DNA from: Ktedonobacterales bacterium
GTDB lineage: Bacteria > Chloroflexota > Ktedonobacteria > Ktedonobacterales > JADMIN01
NCBI GenBank assembly: GCA_030167145.1
Contig: CP126532.1
Coordinates: forward strand, 1,830,001 to 1,862,000
Length of the DNA stretch: 32,000 bases
Direction: 5' to 3'
A program made the translations under genes and the position numbers. Numbering within the stretch: position 1 is the first letter of the stretch; each line of letters begins with the position of its first letter. Below, in pieces: positions 1-8,325 of the stretch. The notes beneath the pieces were generated by a model. The model saw nothing but the letters and a program-made list of their open reading frames with translations, was not told the origin of the DNA and searched no databases.

Positions 1-716
1 TCGTCGAAGCCGACGACGACGGCCTCTACGTCCTCAAGTTTCGCGGCGCCGCCCAGGGCGTCAAAGCGCTCATCGCCGAACTCGTCGCCGGTGAGATTGG
101 CCGCGCGCTCGGCCTGCTCGTCCCCGAAATCGTCTACATAGACCTTGACCCCATCCTCGCCCGCTCCGAAGCCCACGGCGAGATTCAAGACCTCATCCGC
201 GCCAGCGCTGGACTCAACATCGCCCTCGATTTCCTCCCCGGCGCGCTCGCCTTCGACCCGCTCGCCAGCCCGACGCCAGACCCCGCGCTCGCCTCCGCCA
301 TCGTCTGGTTCGACGCCTACACCACCAACGTAGACCGCACCGCCCGCAACACCAACATGCTCTGCTGGCATCAGCGCCTCTGGCTCATAGACCACGGCGC
401 GGCCCTCTACTTCCACCACGGCCGCAGCGTCTATCCACCGCAGGGCCGCCTGCCCTTCCCCAGCATCGCCGACCACGTGCTGCTGCCTCATGCCACTGAC
501 CTCGCCGCCGCCGACACCGCTGCGCACGAACGGCTGTCACCCGCGATACTGGCCGCCATCACCAGCGCCATCCCCGCCGCCTGGCTCGACACCTCACCCG
601 ACGCCGCCAGCATAGACGATCAGCGCGCCGCCTATCTGGACTACCTCACCGCACGCCTCGCTGCGTCTCATCTCTTCGTCGAGGAGGCAACCCATGCCCG
701 CGCGCGGCTCGTTTGA
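1..716 (+). CDS. HipA-like kinase family protein, C-terminal part (5' end lies outside the window)
   Basis: Frame 3 is open from the window edge to TGA at 714-716. The translation (..DGLYVLKFRGAAQGVKALIAELVAGEIGRALGL..NVDRTARNTNMLCWHQRLWLIDHGAALYFHH..) resembles the HipA_C-type kinase core, with a D-x-x-x-x-N catalytic loop and an IDHG metal-binding element. Codon bias is host-like and C3-rich. Confidence 0.75.
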   Translation, partial: VEADDDGLYVLKFRGAAQGVKALIAELVAGEIGRALGLLVPEIVYIDLDPILARSEAHGEIQDLIRASAGLNIALDFLPGALAFDPLASPTPDPALASAIVWFDAYTTNVDRTARNTNMLCWHQRLWLIDHGAALYFHHGRSVYPPQGRLPFPSIADHVLLPHATDLAAADTAAHERLSPAILAAITSAIPAAWLDTSPDAASIDDQRAAYLDYLTARLAASHLFVEEATHARARLV

Positions 717-1257
717 CTACGCCATCATCCGCATCATCCCGCGTGTCGAGCGTGGCGAGCGCATCAACGTCGGCGTCGTGCTGCACTCCCGCGAGCACGC
801 CTTCCTGGCCGCGCGCATCGCCTTCGATCCCGCGCGCCTCCTTGCCCTCGCCCCCGAACTATCGCCCACCGAAATCGCCGAGATCGCCGCCCACCTCGAT
901 AGCATCCCTCGCATCTGCGCGGGCGGCGAAGACGCTGGCCCCATCGGACGCCTCACCCTGGCCGAACGCTTCCACTGGCTCGTCTCGCCGCGCAGCACCA
1001 TCATCCAGCCCTCGCGCGTCCATTCCGGCATCTGCGCCGACCCCACCGCTGCCCTCGATCACCTCGCCCGCATCCTGCTTCCCACTCCCACCAGCATCCC
1101 GGCTAGCATCATCCTCCCTCGCGCTGACTACGATACCGCCCTCGCGACATTGCGCCGCTCCCTCGCGCCCAATCGCACCCCCGCGCAGATGCGCCGCGAC
1201 ATCACCGCCGCCCTCGCCGACCTTGAGCGCATGAGCAATAGCGAACGCCCAGAGTAA
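694..1257 (+). CDS. DUF3037-like protein
   Basis: ATG at 694 is preceded by GAGGAGG at 681-687. The N-terminus MPARGSFDYAIIRIIPRVERGERINVGVVLHSRE matches my memory of the DUF3037 family signature. The gene overlaps the upstream kinase gene by 23 nt. Confidence 0.75.
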   Translation: MPARGSFDYAIIRIIPRVERGERINVGVVLHSREHAFLAARIAFDPARLLALAPELSPTEIAEIAAHLDSIPRICAGGEDAGPIGRLTLAERFHWLVSPRSTIIQPSRVHSGICADPTAALDHLARILLPTPTSIPASIILPRADYDTALATLRRSLAPNRTPAQMRRDITAALADLERMSNSERPE

Positions 1258-1268
1258 AGGCAAAGACG

Positions 1269-1820
1269 ATGACGCACCTTCAGCAACCGACTACGGCGAA
1301 AACTTGGCGGCGCGTCTGGTGGCGGCGGACGCTCCAGCGCACGCTCACTTCGCTGCACATCGCATGTTATCGCGCAACTAGCGGACTCATCGGCCATCGC
1401 CTGGGACCACTGCCCAATCTGCTGCTCACCACCACTGGCCGCCGATCAGGCAAGCCACGCACCACACCCCTCACCTACATCGCCACTGATGGCCTGCTCG
1501 CCCTCATCGCCTCGAACTTCGGCAGCCGCACTCCGCCGCAGTGGTATCGCAACCTCCTCGCCCACCCCCAGGCGACCGTGCAGCTCAAGCGTCGCCGCTG
1601 GTCCGTCCACGCGCGTCCCGCCACCTCCTCCGAGCATGAGCGCATCTGGTCGGCGGCGCTGGTAATCTGGCCTGCCTGGGCCAGCTACGCCGACCGCGCC
1701 CAACGCGACATCCCCATCGTCGTGCTCGATCCTGCGCGCGAAACTCCGCATCCCCCGCCGCACGTGCAGACATCCAACCCCAAACCCCACACCGACACAA
1801 ATCGAGCAATAGCGGAATAA
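1269..1820 (+). CDS. Deazaflavin (F420)-dependent nitroreductase family protein (Ddn/DUF385-like)
   Basis: LLLTTTGRRSGKPRTTPLTYIATDG..ASNFGSRTPPQWYRNLLAHPQATVQL..DIPIVVLDP is the typical core of the Ddn-like split beta-barrel family. Confidence 0.85.
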   Translation: MTHLQQPTTAKTWRRVWWRRTLQRTLTSLHIACYRATSGLIGHRLGPLPNLLLTTTGRRSGKPRTTPLTYIATDGLLALIASNFGSRTPPQWYRNLLAHPQATVQLKRRRWSVHARPATSSEHERIWSAALVIWPAWASYADRAQRDIPIVVLDPARETPHPPPHVQTSNPKPHTDTNRAIAE

Positions 1821-1843
1821 AGTACAGGTAAAATTGAGCGCAT

Positions 1844-1872
1844 TTGACATTCTACATGAAGCGTCGCATAAT
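1844..1872 (+). promoter_or_regulatory. Sigma70-type promoter candidate
   Basis: TTGACA (1844-1849), a 17-nt spacer, then CATAAT (1867-1872). It sits in a locally AT-richer gap upstream of the small membrane-protein gene. Confidence 0.55.
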
Positions 1873-1930
1873 AGGTGCATTCCAGCGGGCTACCTTTCTG
1901 GGAATACATCGCTATTCGCATTCTACGGGA

Positions 1931-2311
1931 ATGGAGCATCATATGGCCCTCTCGACCACACGCTGGCTATTCTGGCTCTCGATTGCCATCACCGTGCTAG
2001 GGTCATGCCTTCTTTCCGGCGCGCTCCCCCGATCATCCTCTGGCGGCGTGACATATCAATCCGGCGATACTGGCGGAATCGTAGTCGCGGGCATCTTCAT
2101 TGTCATCGCCTGCGTATTGGTCCTCATCGCCTGGGTTGGCGCGCTCGTCCGCACCGCGCAACTTGGCCGTTGGGGCTGGTTCGTCTCCCTCATCCTGCTA
2201 GGCAGCTTCGCGCTGCTGGCCTACGTCATCGCCAGCCCAGACACCCCGCCGCTCTCCGCCATCACCACACCGCCATACCAACCTCCCTATCAGCCACCCT
2301 ATTATCCCTAG
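1931..2311 (+). CDS. Small integral membrane protein with Pro/Tyr-rich C-terminal tail
   Basis: The track ORF is 1844..2311, but its first 29 codons overlap the promoter. ATG at 1931, or ATG at 1943 after GGAG, are more plausible starts. Three hydrophobic helices are predicted (WLFWLSIAITVLGSCLL, IVVAGIFIVIACVLVLIAWVGAL, WGWFVSLILLGSFALLAYVIA). The tail reads PPYQPPYQPPYYP. Confidence 0.6.
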   Translation: MEHHMALSTTRWLFWLSIAITVLGSCLLSGALPRSSSGGVTYQSGDTGGIVVAGIFIVIACVLVLIAWVGALVRTAQLGRWGWFVSLILLGSFALLAYVIASPDTPPLSAITTPPYQPPYQPPYYP

Positions 2312-2615
2312 CCACCCATTGAGCCAATCAACCCCACTCCATATCGCCAGCATCTTTAGCGCAATCCGCCCAACGTGCCGCCATGAATTGTTCGCTCACC
2401 GCATCGCCGTCGCATCCTGCTGGCTGCTAGATCAGCCGCCCATACATCCCTTCCCCATCCGCTCTTGCTCGATACACCTCGCTCTCCCGCTTCCTGACAC
2501 AACATGTCAGGAATATCTCCCCATACTGACGGCGATACGTCTGTGATAGTCGCGTCTCGCCCTAATCCACGACGGTGGAGTTCGTGGCTGCGCGTCACTC
2601 ATCGCGAGGTTCTCG

Positions 2616-2708
2616 CTCACCCCTTCCCTCGTAGGGAAGGGGTCGGGGTTAGGTCGCTCCATACTCCCCTTCCCTCGTAGGGAGGGGGCAGGGGGTAGGT
2701 CCGCTCTC
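2616..2708. repeat. Two tandem copies of a ~43-bp palindromic element (CCCCTTCCCTCGTAGGGAAGGGG-TCGGGGTTAGGTC)
   Basis: Copy 1 is about 2616-2659 and copy 2 about 2661-2708. Each contains the hairpin CCCTTCCCT-CG-TAGGGAAGGG followed by a G-rich arm. Confidence 0.85.
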
Positions 2709-2727
2709 ATTCACCCTGGAGACCACC

Positions 2728-3573
2728 ATGCGCTACGGACTCGATGTCCCCACCACCGGCGACTACGCCGACCCACGCACCCTCGCCGCGCTCGCCACCG
2801 ACGCCGAAGCGGCGGGCTGGGACGGCTTTTTCCTCTGGGATGTCCTATTAGGTGACGAAGACACCCCCACGCCCATTCTCGACCCCTGGATTGCCCTCAC
2901 CGCCATCGCCCTGCGCACCACCCATATCAAAATCGGCCTCTTCGTCACACCACTCGCCCGCCACCGCCCCTGGCTTGTCGCGCGCCGCCTCGCCAACCTC
3001 GACCACCTCTCCGCCGGGCGCGTCATCTGCGCCGCCGGGCTGGGCCACCGCGAACGCGACTTCACCGCGTTCGGCGAAGCTGGCGACCCTGCCATGCGCG
3101 CGTCAGAACTCGACGAAGCGTTAACCATTCTCTCCGGCCTCTGGACCTCCGACCACTTCACCTTTACCGGCAACCACTACACGCTAAGCGACGTCACCCT
3201 GCTCCCCAGGCCGGTGCAGTCGCCGCGCATCCCCCTCTGGATCGCCGGTGGCTGGCCGCATCGCGCCCCCTTTCGCCGTGCCGCTCGCTGGGATGGCGTC
3301 TGCCTCAAGTCCTACCACCAGCAGCAGCGCCGGCCGCTCTCTCCTGCCGACTTCCGCGCCTGCCTGGCCTACGTCCGCCAGCAGCGCACCACCTCCGCAC
3401 CTTTCGACGTCATCATGAGCGGCGACACGTTTGACATGGACCAGCGCGCCGCCAGCCACCTCGTGCGTCCCTTCGCCGAAGCCGGGGCCACCTGGTGGGT
3501 TGAAGAAGGCCTGGGCTACACCGTGGACGAATTTCACGCCCGTATCCGTTTTGGGCCGCCGCGCACAGAATAG
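2728..3573 (+). CDS. LLM-class (luciferase-like) flavin/F420-dependent oxidoreductase
   Basis: GGAG lies 7 nt before ATG 2728. MRYGLDVPTTGDYADPRTLAALATDAEAAGWDGFFLWD.. and ..IPLWIAGGWP.. are typical of the LLM TIM-barrel family. Confidence 0.85.
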   Translation: MRYGLDVPTTGDYADPRTLAALATDAEAAGWDGFFLWDVLLGDEDTPTPILDPWIALTAIALRTTHIKIGLFVTPLARHRPWLVARRLANLDHLSAGRVICAAGLGHRERDFTAFGEAGDPAMRASELDEALTILSGLWTSDHFTFTGNHYTLSDVTLLPRPVQSPRIPLWIAGGWPHRAPFRRAARWDGVCLKSYHQQQRRPLSPADFRACLAYVRQQRTTSAPFDVIMSGDTFDMDQRAASHLVRPFAEAGATWWVEEGLGYTVDEFHARIRFGPPRTE

Positions 3574-3698
3574 CCAACCTACGGGCGCCAGTACACATCT
3601 GTCCCATCGTCCAGTCCCGCACATTGAAAGTGCGTTCTACCTTGCGGTACTCTTTCCTGGTGCTTCTCACAGGCATGTGCATCGCGCGTTAACCATAT

Positions 3699-3817
3699 CC
3701 CAAACCCGCGACGGCGGGGCCAGCCTGCGGCGGAGCTAGCGATCCATAGGGAGCGGAGCAGGCTGTGAGCGAAGCGGAGTGGCCGCAGGCCATTCAGGCG
3801 CGGTTTCAACCGCCCGC
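3699..3817 (+). repeat. Composite dispersed repeat, family E, long variant (copy E1)
   Basis: AACCCGCG-AC-GGCGGGG hairpin, then GGCCAGCCTGC..GCAGGCTG..GAGCGAAGCGGAGTGGCCGCAGGCCAT, then GGCGCGGTTTCAACCGCCCGC. It is near-identical to 28889-29002. Confidence 0.9.
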
Positions 3818-3845
3818 CCGCATCCATCCAGAAAGGTCAGGTCCA

Positions 3846-5675
3846 GTGGCGAAAAGCGAATTCACCATCACCGGCGCACGTACCTACAATCGCGCTGGAC
3901 CCATCCGCTGGATTCTCTCCCACATCCTGCGCTACAAACTCATCCTCCTCATCTTCATCGGCGGCACCATCCTCTCGCAAGTGCTCATCGCCCTCGTTGC
4001 CTCGCTTACCGGCGCCGCCTTCAACGCCGTGCTCGGCCAGAGCGGCGCGGACCGCATCGGACATCTGCTGCCCATCGCCCTGCTGATGCTCGGCGTCACC
4101 CTCGCGCAACTCTTCGTCGGCGGCGCGGGCGCGTTCGGCAGCGAATTCCTCGCCCAACGCCTGGAACGCGACGCCCGCGACGAACTGTATCAAAGTCTGC
4201 TCGGCAAAAGCCAAACCTTCCACAATCGCCAGCGCGTCGGCGACGTGATGGCGCGCGCCGCCAACGATGTGCGCCAGCTCAACCCCATGATCAATCCCGG
4301 CGTGAGCCTCATCCTCGACTCCTTCATGAGCCTCATCGTTCCGATGATCTTTATCGCCTTCATCAACCTGCAACTGCTCGCCGCGCCAGTGTTCTTCACC
4401 GTCGCATTCCTCTTCGCCCTGCGCCGCTACACCCGCCAGCTCAACCCCGTCAACGCCAACATGCGTATGCAATTCGGCGCGATGAATGCCGGACTGGCAG
4501 AGACCATCACCGGTATCGAACTGGTCAAATCCACCGCGCAGGAGGCCCAGGAAAAGCGCAAGTTTGCCCGCAACGCCACCGCCTACCGCGACTACTTCGT
4601 ACAAAACGGCGGCATCCAGGCGGTCTATTTGCCGCCACTGCTGATCGGCATCGCCCTGGTCGCCGCGCTGCTGCACGGCCTCTTCCTCGTCACACACGGC
4701 CAACTCACCATTGGTGGCCTCGTCGCCTATCTGGGCCTAATGACGCTGCTGCGCTACCCTTCCTTTATCTCCATCTTCACCTTCAATCTTGTCCAGTTGG
4801 GCATCGCCGGCGCCAATCGCATCCTCAGCCTGATGCGCGAAGAGACCGAGCTAGACGAGAACACCAGCGGCTACGCCGAGCGCATCAAGGGCGACATTGT
4901 CTTCGACGACGTCAGCTTCGGCTATGGCGGCGCGCCGGTTCTCAAGCACATCTCCTTCCGCGCCGCCCCCGGCCAAACCGTCGCCATCGTCGGCCAGACC
5001 GGCTCCGGCAAGAGCACCCTCACCAAGCTCGTCAACCGCACCTACGACGTCACCGAGGGGCGCATCCTGCTCGACGGCGTAGACCTGCGCGACTGGAGCC
5101 TCAATGCCCTCCGCTCGCAGATCTCCACCATCGAACAAGACATCTTCCTCTTCTCGCGCACCATCGCCGAAAACATCGCCTTCAGCCTGGGCCAGCAAGC
5201 CGACCCCGCCGCCATCGAAACCGCAGCGAAAGAGGCGCAGGCCCACGAATTCATCACCCATTTCGCCGATGGCTACGACACCATCGTCGGCGAGCGCGGC
5301 GTCACCCTCTCCGGTGGCCAGCGCCAGCGCCTCGCCATCGCCCGCGCGCTGCTCACCGACCCGCGCATCCTCATGCTCGACGACTCCACCAGCGCCATAG
5401 ACAGCGCCACCGAAGACGAGATCCAGCGCGCCATCCGCCGCGTGCTCGAAGGCCGCACCACCCTGCTGATCACCCACCGTCTCTCGCAGATTCGCTGGGC
5501 CGACAAGATTCTCGTCCTCAAACAGGGCGAACTCATAGACCAGGGCACCCACGAAGAACTCCTCGCCCGCTGCGACCTCTATCGCCGCATCTTCGCCCAC
5601 TACGACACCGCCCTGCCCACCCCATCCACCGATCCGGCCACATCGGCCACTGATATACCGGTCAGGAGCAACTAA
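3846..5675 (+). CDS. ABC exporter permease/ATPase fusion, subunit 1 of a heterodimer (degenerate-site half)
   Basis: An N-terminal multi-helix TMD is followed by an NBD: Walker A GQTGSGKST, signature LSGGQRQR, Walker B ILMLDD-S (Asp where the catalytic Glu is expected), H-loop LITHRLS. The track ORF opens at GTG 3765 inside repeat E1. I prefer GTG 3846, which is preceded by GAAAGG, but the start is uncertain. Confidence 0.93.
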   Translation: MAKSEFTITGARTYNRAGPIRWILSHILRYKLILLIFIGGTILSQVLIALVASLTGAAFNAVLGQSGADRIGHLLPIALLMLGVTLAQLFVGGAGAFGSEFLAQRLERDARDELYQSLLGKSQTFHNRQRVGDVMARAANDVRQLNPMINPGVSLILDSFMSLIVPMIFIAFINLQLLAAPVFFTVAFLFALRRYTRQLNPVNANMRMQFGAMNAGLAETITGIELVKSTAQEAQEKRKFARNATAYRDYFVQNGGIQAVYLPPLLIGIALVAALLHGLFLVTHGQLTIGGLVAYLGLMTLLRYPSFISIFTFNLVQLGIAGANRILSLMREETELDENTSGYAERIKGDIVFDDVSFGYGGAPVLKHISFRAAPGQTVAIVGQTGSGKSTLTKLVNRTYDVTEGRILLDGVDLRDWSLNALRSQISTIEQDIFLFSRTIAENIAFSLGQQADPAAIETAAKEAQAHEFITHFADGYDTIVGERGVTLSGGQRQRLAIARALLTDPRILMLDDSTSAIDSATEDEIQRAIRRVLEGRTTLLITHRLSQIRWADKILVLKQGELIDQGTHEELLARCDLYRRIFAHYDTALPTPSTDPATSATDIPVRSN

Positions 5676-5676
5676 C

Positions 5677-7497
5677 ATGGGCTTCATCATGGACGGCCTC
5701 GATGCCGAAGGCTACGACCGCACCTACTCCGGCCGCACGCTCGTCGCGCGCATCCTGGGCTACTTCCGGCCCCAGGCGTCGCTCATGCTGCTCGTCGCGG
5801 TGATAATCCTGCTCAACTCCCTCACCGATACCGTGCTGCCGATTCTCATCTCGCGCGGCATAGACACCCTAAGCGGCGCGCGTACCCTCCTGGGCGCGGG
5901 CTGGCTCGTCGCCGCCATCCTCGTGTCTAGCGTCCTCTCCTGGACCTTCAACTTCGTGCGCCAGCGCAACACCGCCCGCGCCGTCGGCAACGTCGTGCTC
6001 AACCTCCGCCTCGATTCCTTCAGCGCCGTCATGGCCCGCGATATGTCCTTCTACGACGAAAACCCCTCCGGCAAAGTCGTCAGCCGCGTCACCTCCGACA
6101 CCGAAGACTTCGCCACCGTCGTCACCCTCGTGCTCAACCTGCTCAGCCAGTTCCTGCTCGTCCTGCTGATTACCATCGTCCTTTTCTACATAGATGCGCG
6201 CCTGGCCCTGCTCGCCCTCTTGATCGCGCCGGTGATCGTCATCGTCGCGCTCGCCTTCCGCCGCATCGCCCGCACCACCACCACCAGAGCGCGCCGTGCG
6301 CTGGCGCGCGTCAACAGCACCGTGCAAGAGACCATCAGCGGCATCTCCGTCGCCAAGAACTTCCGCCAGGAACAGGCCATCTACGACGAGTTTAGCGCCG
6401 TCAACCAGCAGTCCTACGCCGTCAATCTGCGCCAGGGTCTCGTCTTCACCGCCATCTTTCCGCTGCTCAGCGCCATCGCCGGCATCGGCACGGTCATCGT
6501 CGTCTACTTCGGCGGCCTCGCCGCCACGCGCGGCGTCGTCACCCCTGGCGCATGGTACCTCTTCGTGCAGGCCATCGCTATTCTCTGGTTCCCACTCACC
6601 AGCATCGCCTCCTTTTGGAGCCAGTTCCAACTTGGCCTCGCCGCCAGCGAGCGCGTCTTTGCCCTGATAGACGCCGAGCCGCGCGTCGTCCAGCGCGACA
6701 GCCTGCCCGTACCCACCCTGCGCGGCGGCATCGAGTTCCGCAACCTCGACTTCCGCTACACCAGCAGCGAAACCGTCCTCTCCAGCTTCAGCCTCAGCAT
6801 CGCCCCCGGCGAAACCATCGCCCTTGTCGGCCACACCGGCGCGGGCAAGTCCAGCCTCGCCAAGCTCATCGCCCGCTTCTATGAGTTCCAGGGCGGCAAG
6901 CTGCTGATAGACGGCCACGACATTCGCACCTTCGATCTGGCGCAATATCGCCGTCACCTGGGAATCGTGCCACAATCGCCATTCCTCTTCTCCGGCAGCG
7001 TCGCCGACAACATCCGCTACACCCGCCCCGACACCTCCGACGCCGAGGTCGAAGCCATCGCGCGTAGCATCGGCGGCGGCGACTGGCTCGACGCGCTGCC
7101 CGACGGCCTCGCCACCGAAGTCGGCGAAGCAGGTAAGGCGCTCTCCATGGGCCAGCGCCAGCTCGTCGCCCTCGCCCGCCTGCTGCTCCAACAGCCCGCA
7201 ATCCTCATTCTGGATGAAGCCACCGCCAGCGTAGACCCGCTCACCGAGGCCCAAATTCAGGAAGGGCTGGACCTCGCGCTCAGCAACCGCACCGCCATCC
7301 TCATCGCCCACCGCCTCTCCACCATCCGCCACGCCGACCGCATCATCGTCCTTGACCACGGCCACATCGTCGAAGAAGGCAGCCACACCGCCCTGCTTGC
7401 GCGCGGCGGCCACTATGCCCTCCTCTACAATACCTATTTCCGCCACCAGTCCCCCGACTACGTTCCTGGCAGCGGCTTCGTCCCCGTCAGCAGCTAG
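5677..7497 (+). CDS. ABC exporter permease/ATPase fusion, subunit 2 of a heterodimer
   Basis: AGGAG precedes ATG 5677, which is 1 nt after the subunit-1 stop. Walker A GHTGAGKSS, non-canonical signature LSMGQRQL, Walker B ILILDEAT with canonical Glu, H-loop LIAHRLS. Confidence 0.95.
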   Translation: MGFIMDGLDAEGYDRTYSGRTLVARILGYFRPQASLMLLVAVIILLNSLTDTVLPILISRGIDTLSGARTLLGAGWLVAAILVSSVLSWTFNFVRQRNTARAVGNVVLNLRLDSFSAVMARDMSFYDENPSGKVVSRVTSDTEDFATVVTLVLNLLSQFLLVLLITIVLFYIDARLALLALLIAPVIVIVALAFRRIARTTTTRARRALARVNSTVQETISGISVAKNFRQEQAIYDEFSAVNQQSYAVNLRQGLVFTAIFPLLSAIAGIGTVIVVYFGGLAATRGVVTPGAWYLFVQAIAILWFPLTSIASFWSQFQLGLAASERVFALIDAEPRVVQRDSLPVPTLRGGIEFRNLDFRYTSSETVLSSFSLSIAPGETIALVGHTGAGKSSLAKLIARFYEFQGGKLLIDGHDIRTFDLAQYRRHLGIVPQSPFLFSGSVADNIRYTRPDTSDAEVEAIARSIGGGDWLDALPDGLATEVGEAGKALSMGQRQLVALARLLLQQPAILILDEATASVDPLTEAQIQEGLDLALSNRTAILIAHRLSTIRHADRIIVLDHGHIVEEGSHTALLARGGHYALLYNTYFRHQSPDYVPGSGFVPVSS

Positions 7498-7549
7498 CGC
7501 CCATGATAACGGTGGTAGAATACTGAGAGAAAGACAACACAGGACTCCC

Positions 7550-8248
7550 ATGGACTTTTCACGCTTCGATAAACGCAACTATCCCACCCACTCCGTGCAA
7601 GACGGCTACGGCGCATGGGCCGCCACCTACGAAGACATCGTCCTCGACGCCATGGATCTGCGCCTGCTCGCCCGCATCCAATCCGTCGCCTGGGACCACC
7701 AGCGCGAGGCTGCGGATTTAGCCTGTGGCACCGGACGTATCGGCGTCTGGCTCACGCAGCGCGGCGTCCCCGCAATTGACGGCGTTGATCTCACAGCAGA
7801 GATGCTCGAAGGTGCGCGCGCCAAAGGCATCTACCGCAACCTCGTCCTCAGCGACCTGCGCGCTACTCCCCTCCAACCCGCCTCCTACGACCTCGTCACC
7901 GTCTCCCTGGCCGACGAGCATCTCCCCGACCTCCATCCGCTCTACAACGAAGCCGCCCGCATCACCCACCCACACGGCTATTTCGTCCTCGTCGGCTACC
8001 ATCCCTTCTTCCTGATGAGCGGCATCCCCACGCACTACAACAGCGCATCAGGCGAACCTATCGCCATCCAGTGCTACGTCCACCTCTTCAGCGATCACCT
8101 CCGCGCGGCCCTCGCCGCCGGTTGGTCTCTGCTCGAAATGCACGAAGGGCTGATAGACGACGAATGGCTCGCGCAGAAACCCAAATGGCGCCAATACGAG
8201 CATCAGCCCATCAGCTTCGCCATGGTCTGGCGAAAACCCCATCCGTAG
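7550..8248 (+). CDS. Class I SAM-dependent methyltransferase
   Basis: Motif I is DLACGTGRIG and the rest is Rossmann-like. ATG 7550 (MDFSRFDKRNY..) is chosen because the track ORF (7352) would overlap the ABC gene by about 145 nt. Confidence 0.85.
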   Translation: MDFSRFDKRNYPTHSVQDGYGAWAATYEDIVLDAMDLRLLARIQSVAWDHQREAADLACGTGRIGVWLTQRGVPAIDGVDLTAEMLEGARAKGIYRNLVLSDLRATPLQPASYDLVTVSLADEHLPDLHPLYNEAARITHPHGYFVLVGYHPFFLMSGIPTHYNSASGEPIAIQCYVHLFSDHLRAALAAGWSLLEMHEGLIDDEWLAQKPKWRQYEHQPISFAMVWRKPHP

Positions 8249-8267
8249 GGGCGCACGGCGTGCGCTC
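8245..8267. repeat. Family C palindromic element (GTAGGGGCG-hairpin)
   Basis: The sequence is GTAGGGGCGCACGGCGTGCGCTC. Its TAG (8246-8248) is the stop codon of the methyltransferase gene. Confidence 0.8.
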
Positions 8268-8286
8268 TCTGTCAAACGCCCCTGGT

Positions 8287-8318
8287 AGGGCGGATAGGAA
8301 TATCCGCCCTCTTTCTTC
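8287..8318 (+). terminator. Intrinsic-terminator-like hairpin after the methyltransferase gene
   Basis: Perfect 10-bp stem AGGGCGGATA / TATCCGCCCT with a GGAA loop (8287-8310), followed by CTTTCTTC. Confidence 0.5.
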
Positions 8319-8325
8319 ACCACGC

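Noticed and set aside
3765-3845. GTG 3765 as the start of the ABC exporter, and GTG 28950 as the start of the PKS (the track coordinates).
   Set aside because: Both putative N-termini are identical (MSEAEWPQAIQARFQPPA) because they lie within copies of the same repeat. The downstream starts (3846 and 29112) give family-typical N-termini.
5869-7578. 569-aa minus-strand ORF. Similar long antisense or out-of-frame ORFs occur at 3837..4703(-), 3779..5653(+), 4851..5690(-), 10779..12359(+), 15203..16432(-), 16429..16977(-), 22955..24591(+), 25521..26711(+), 28103..29326(+), 28887..29984(-) and 29633..30907(-).
   Set aside because: Each overlaps a gene with clear family motifs on the other strand or in another frame. 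Each translates to Arg/Gly/Ala/Asp-rich low-complexity sequence, so they are GC-driven artefacts.
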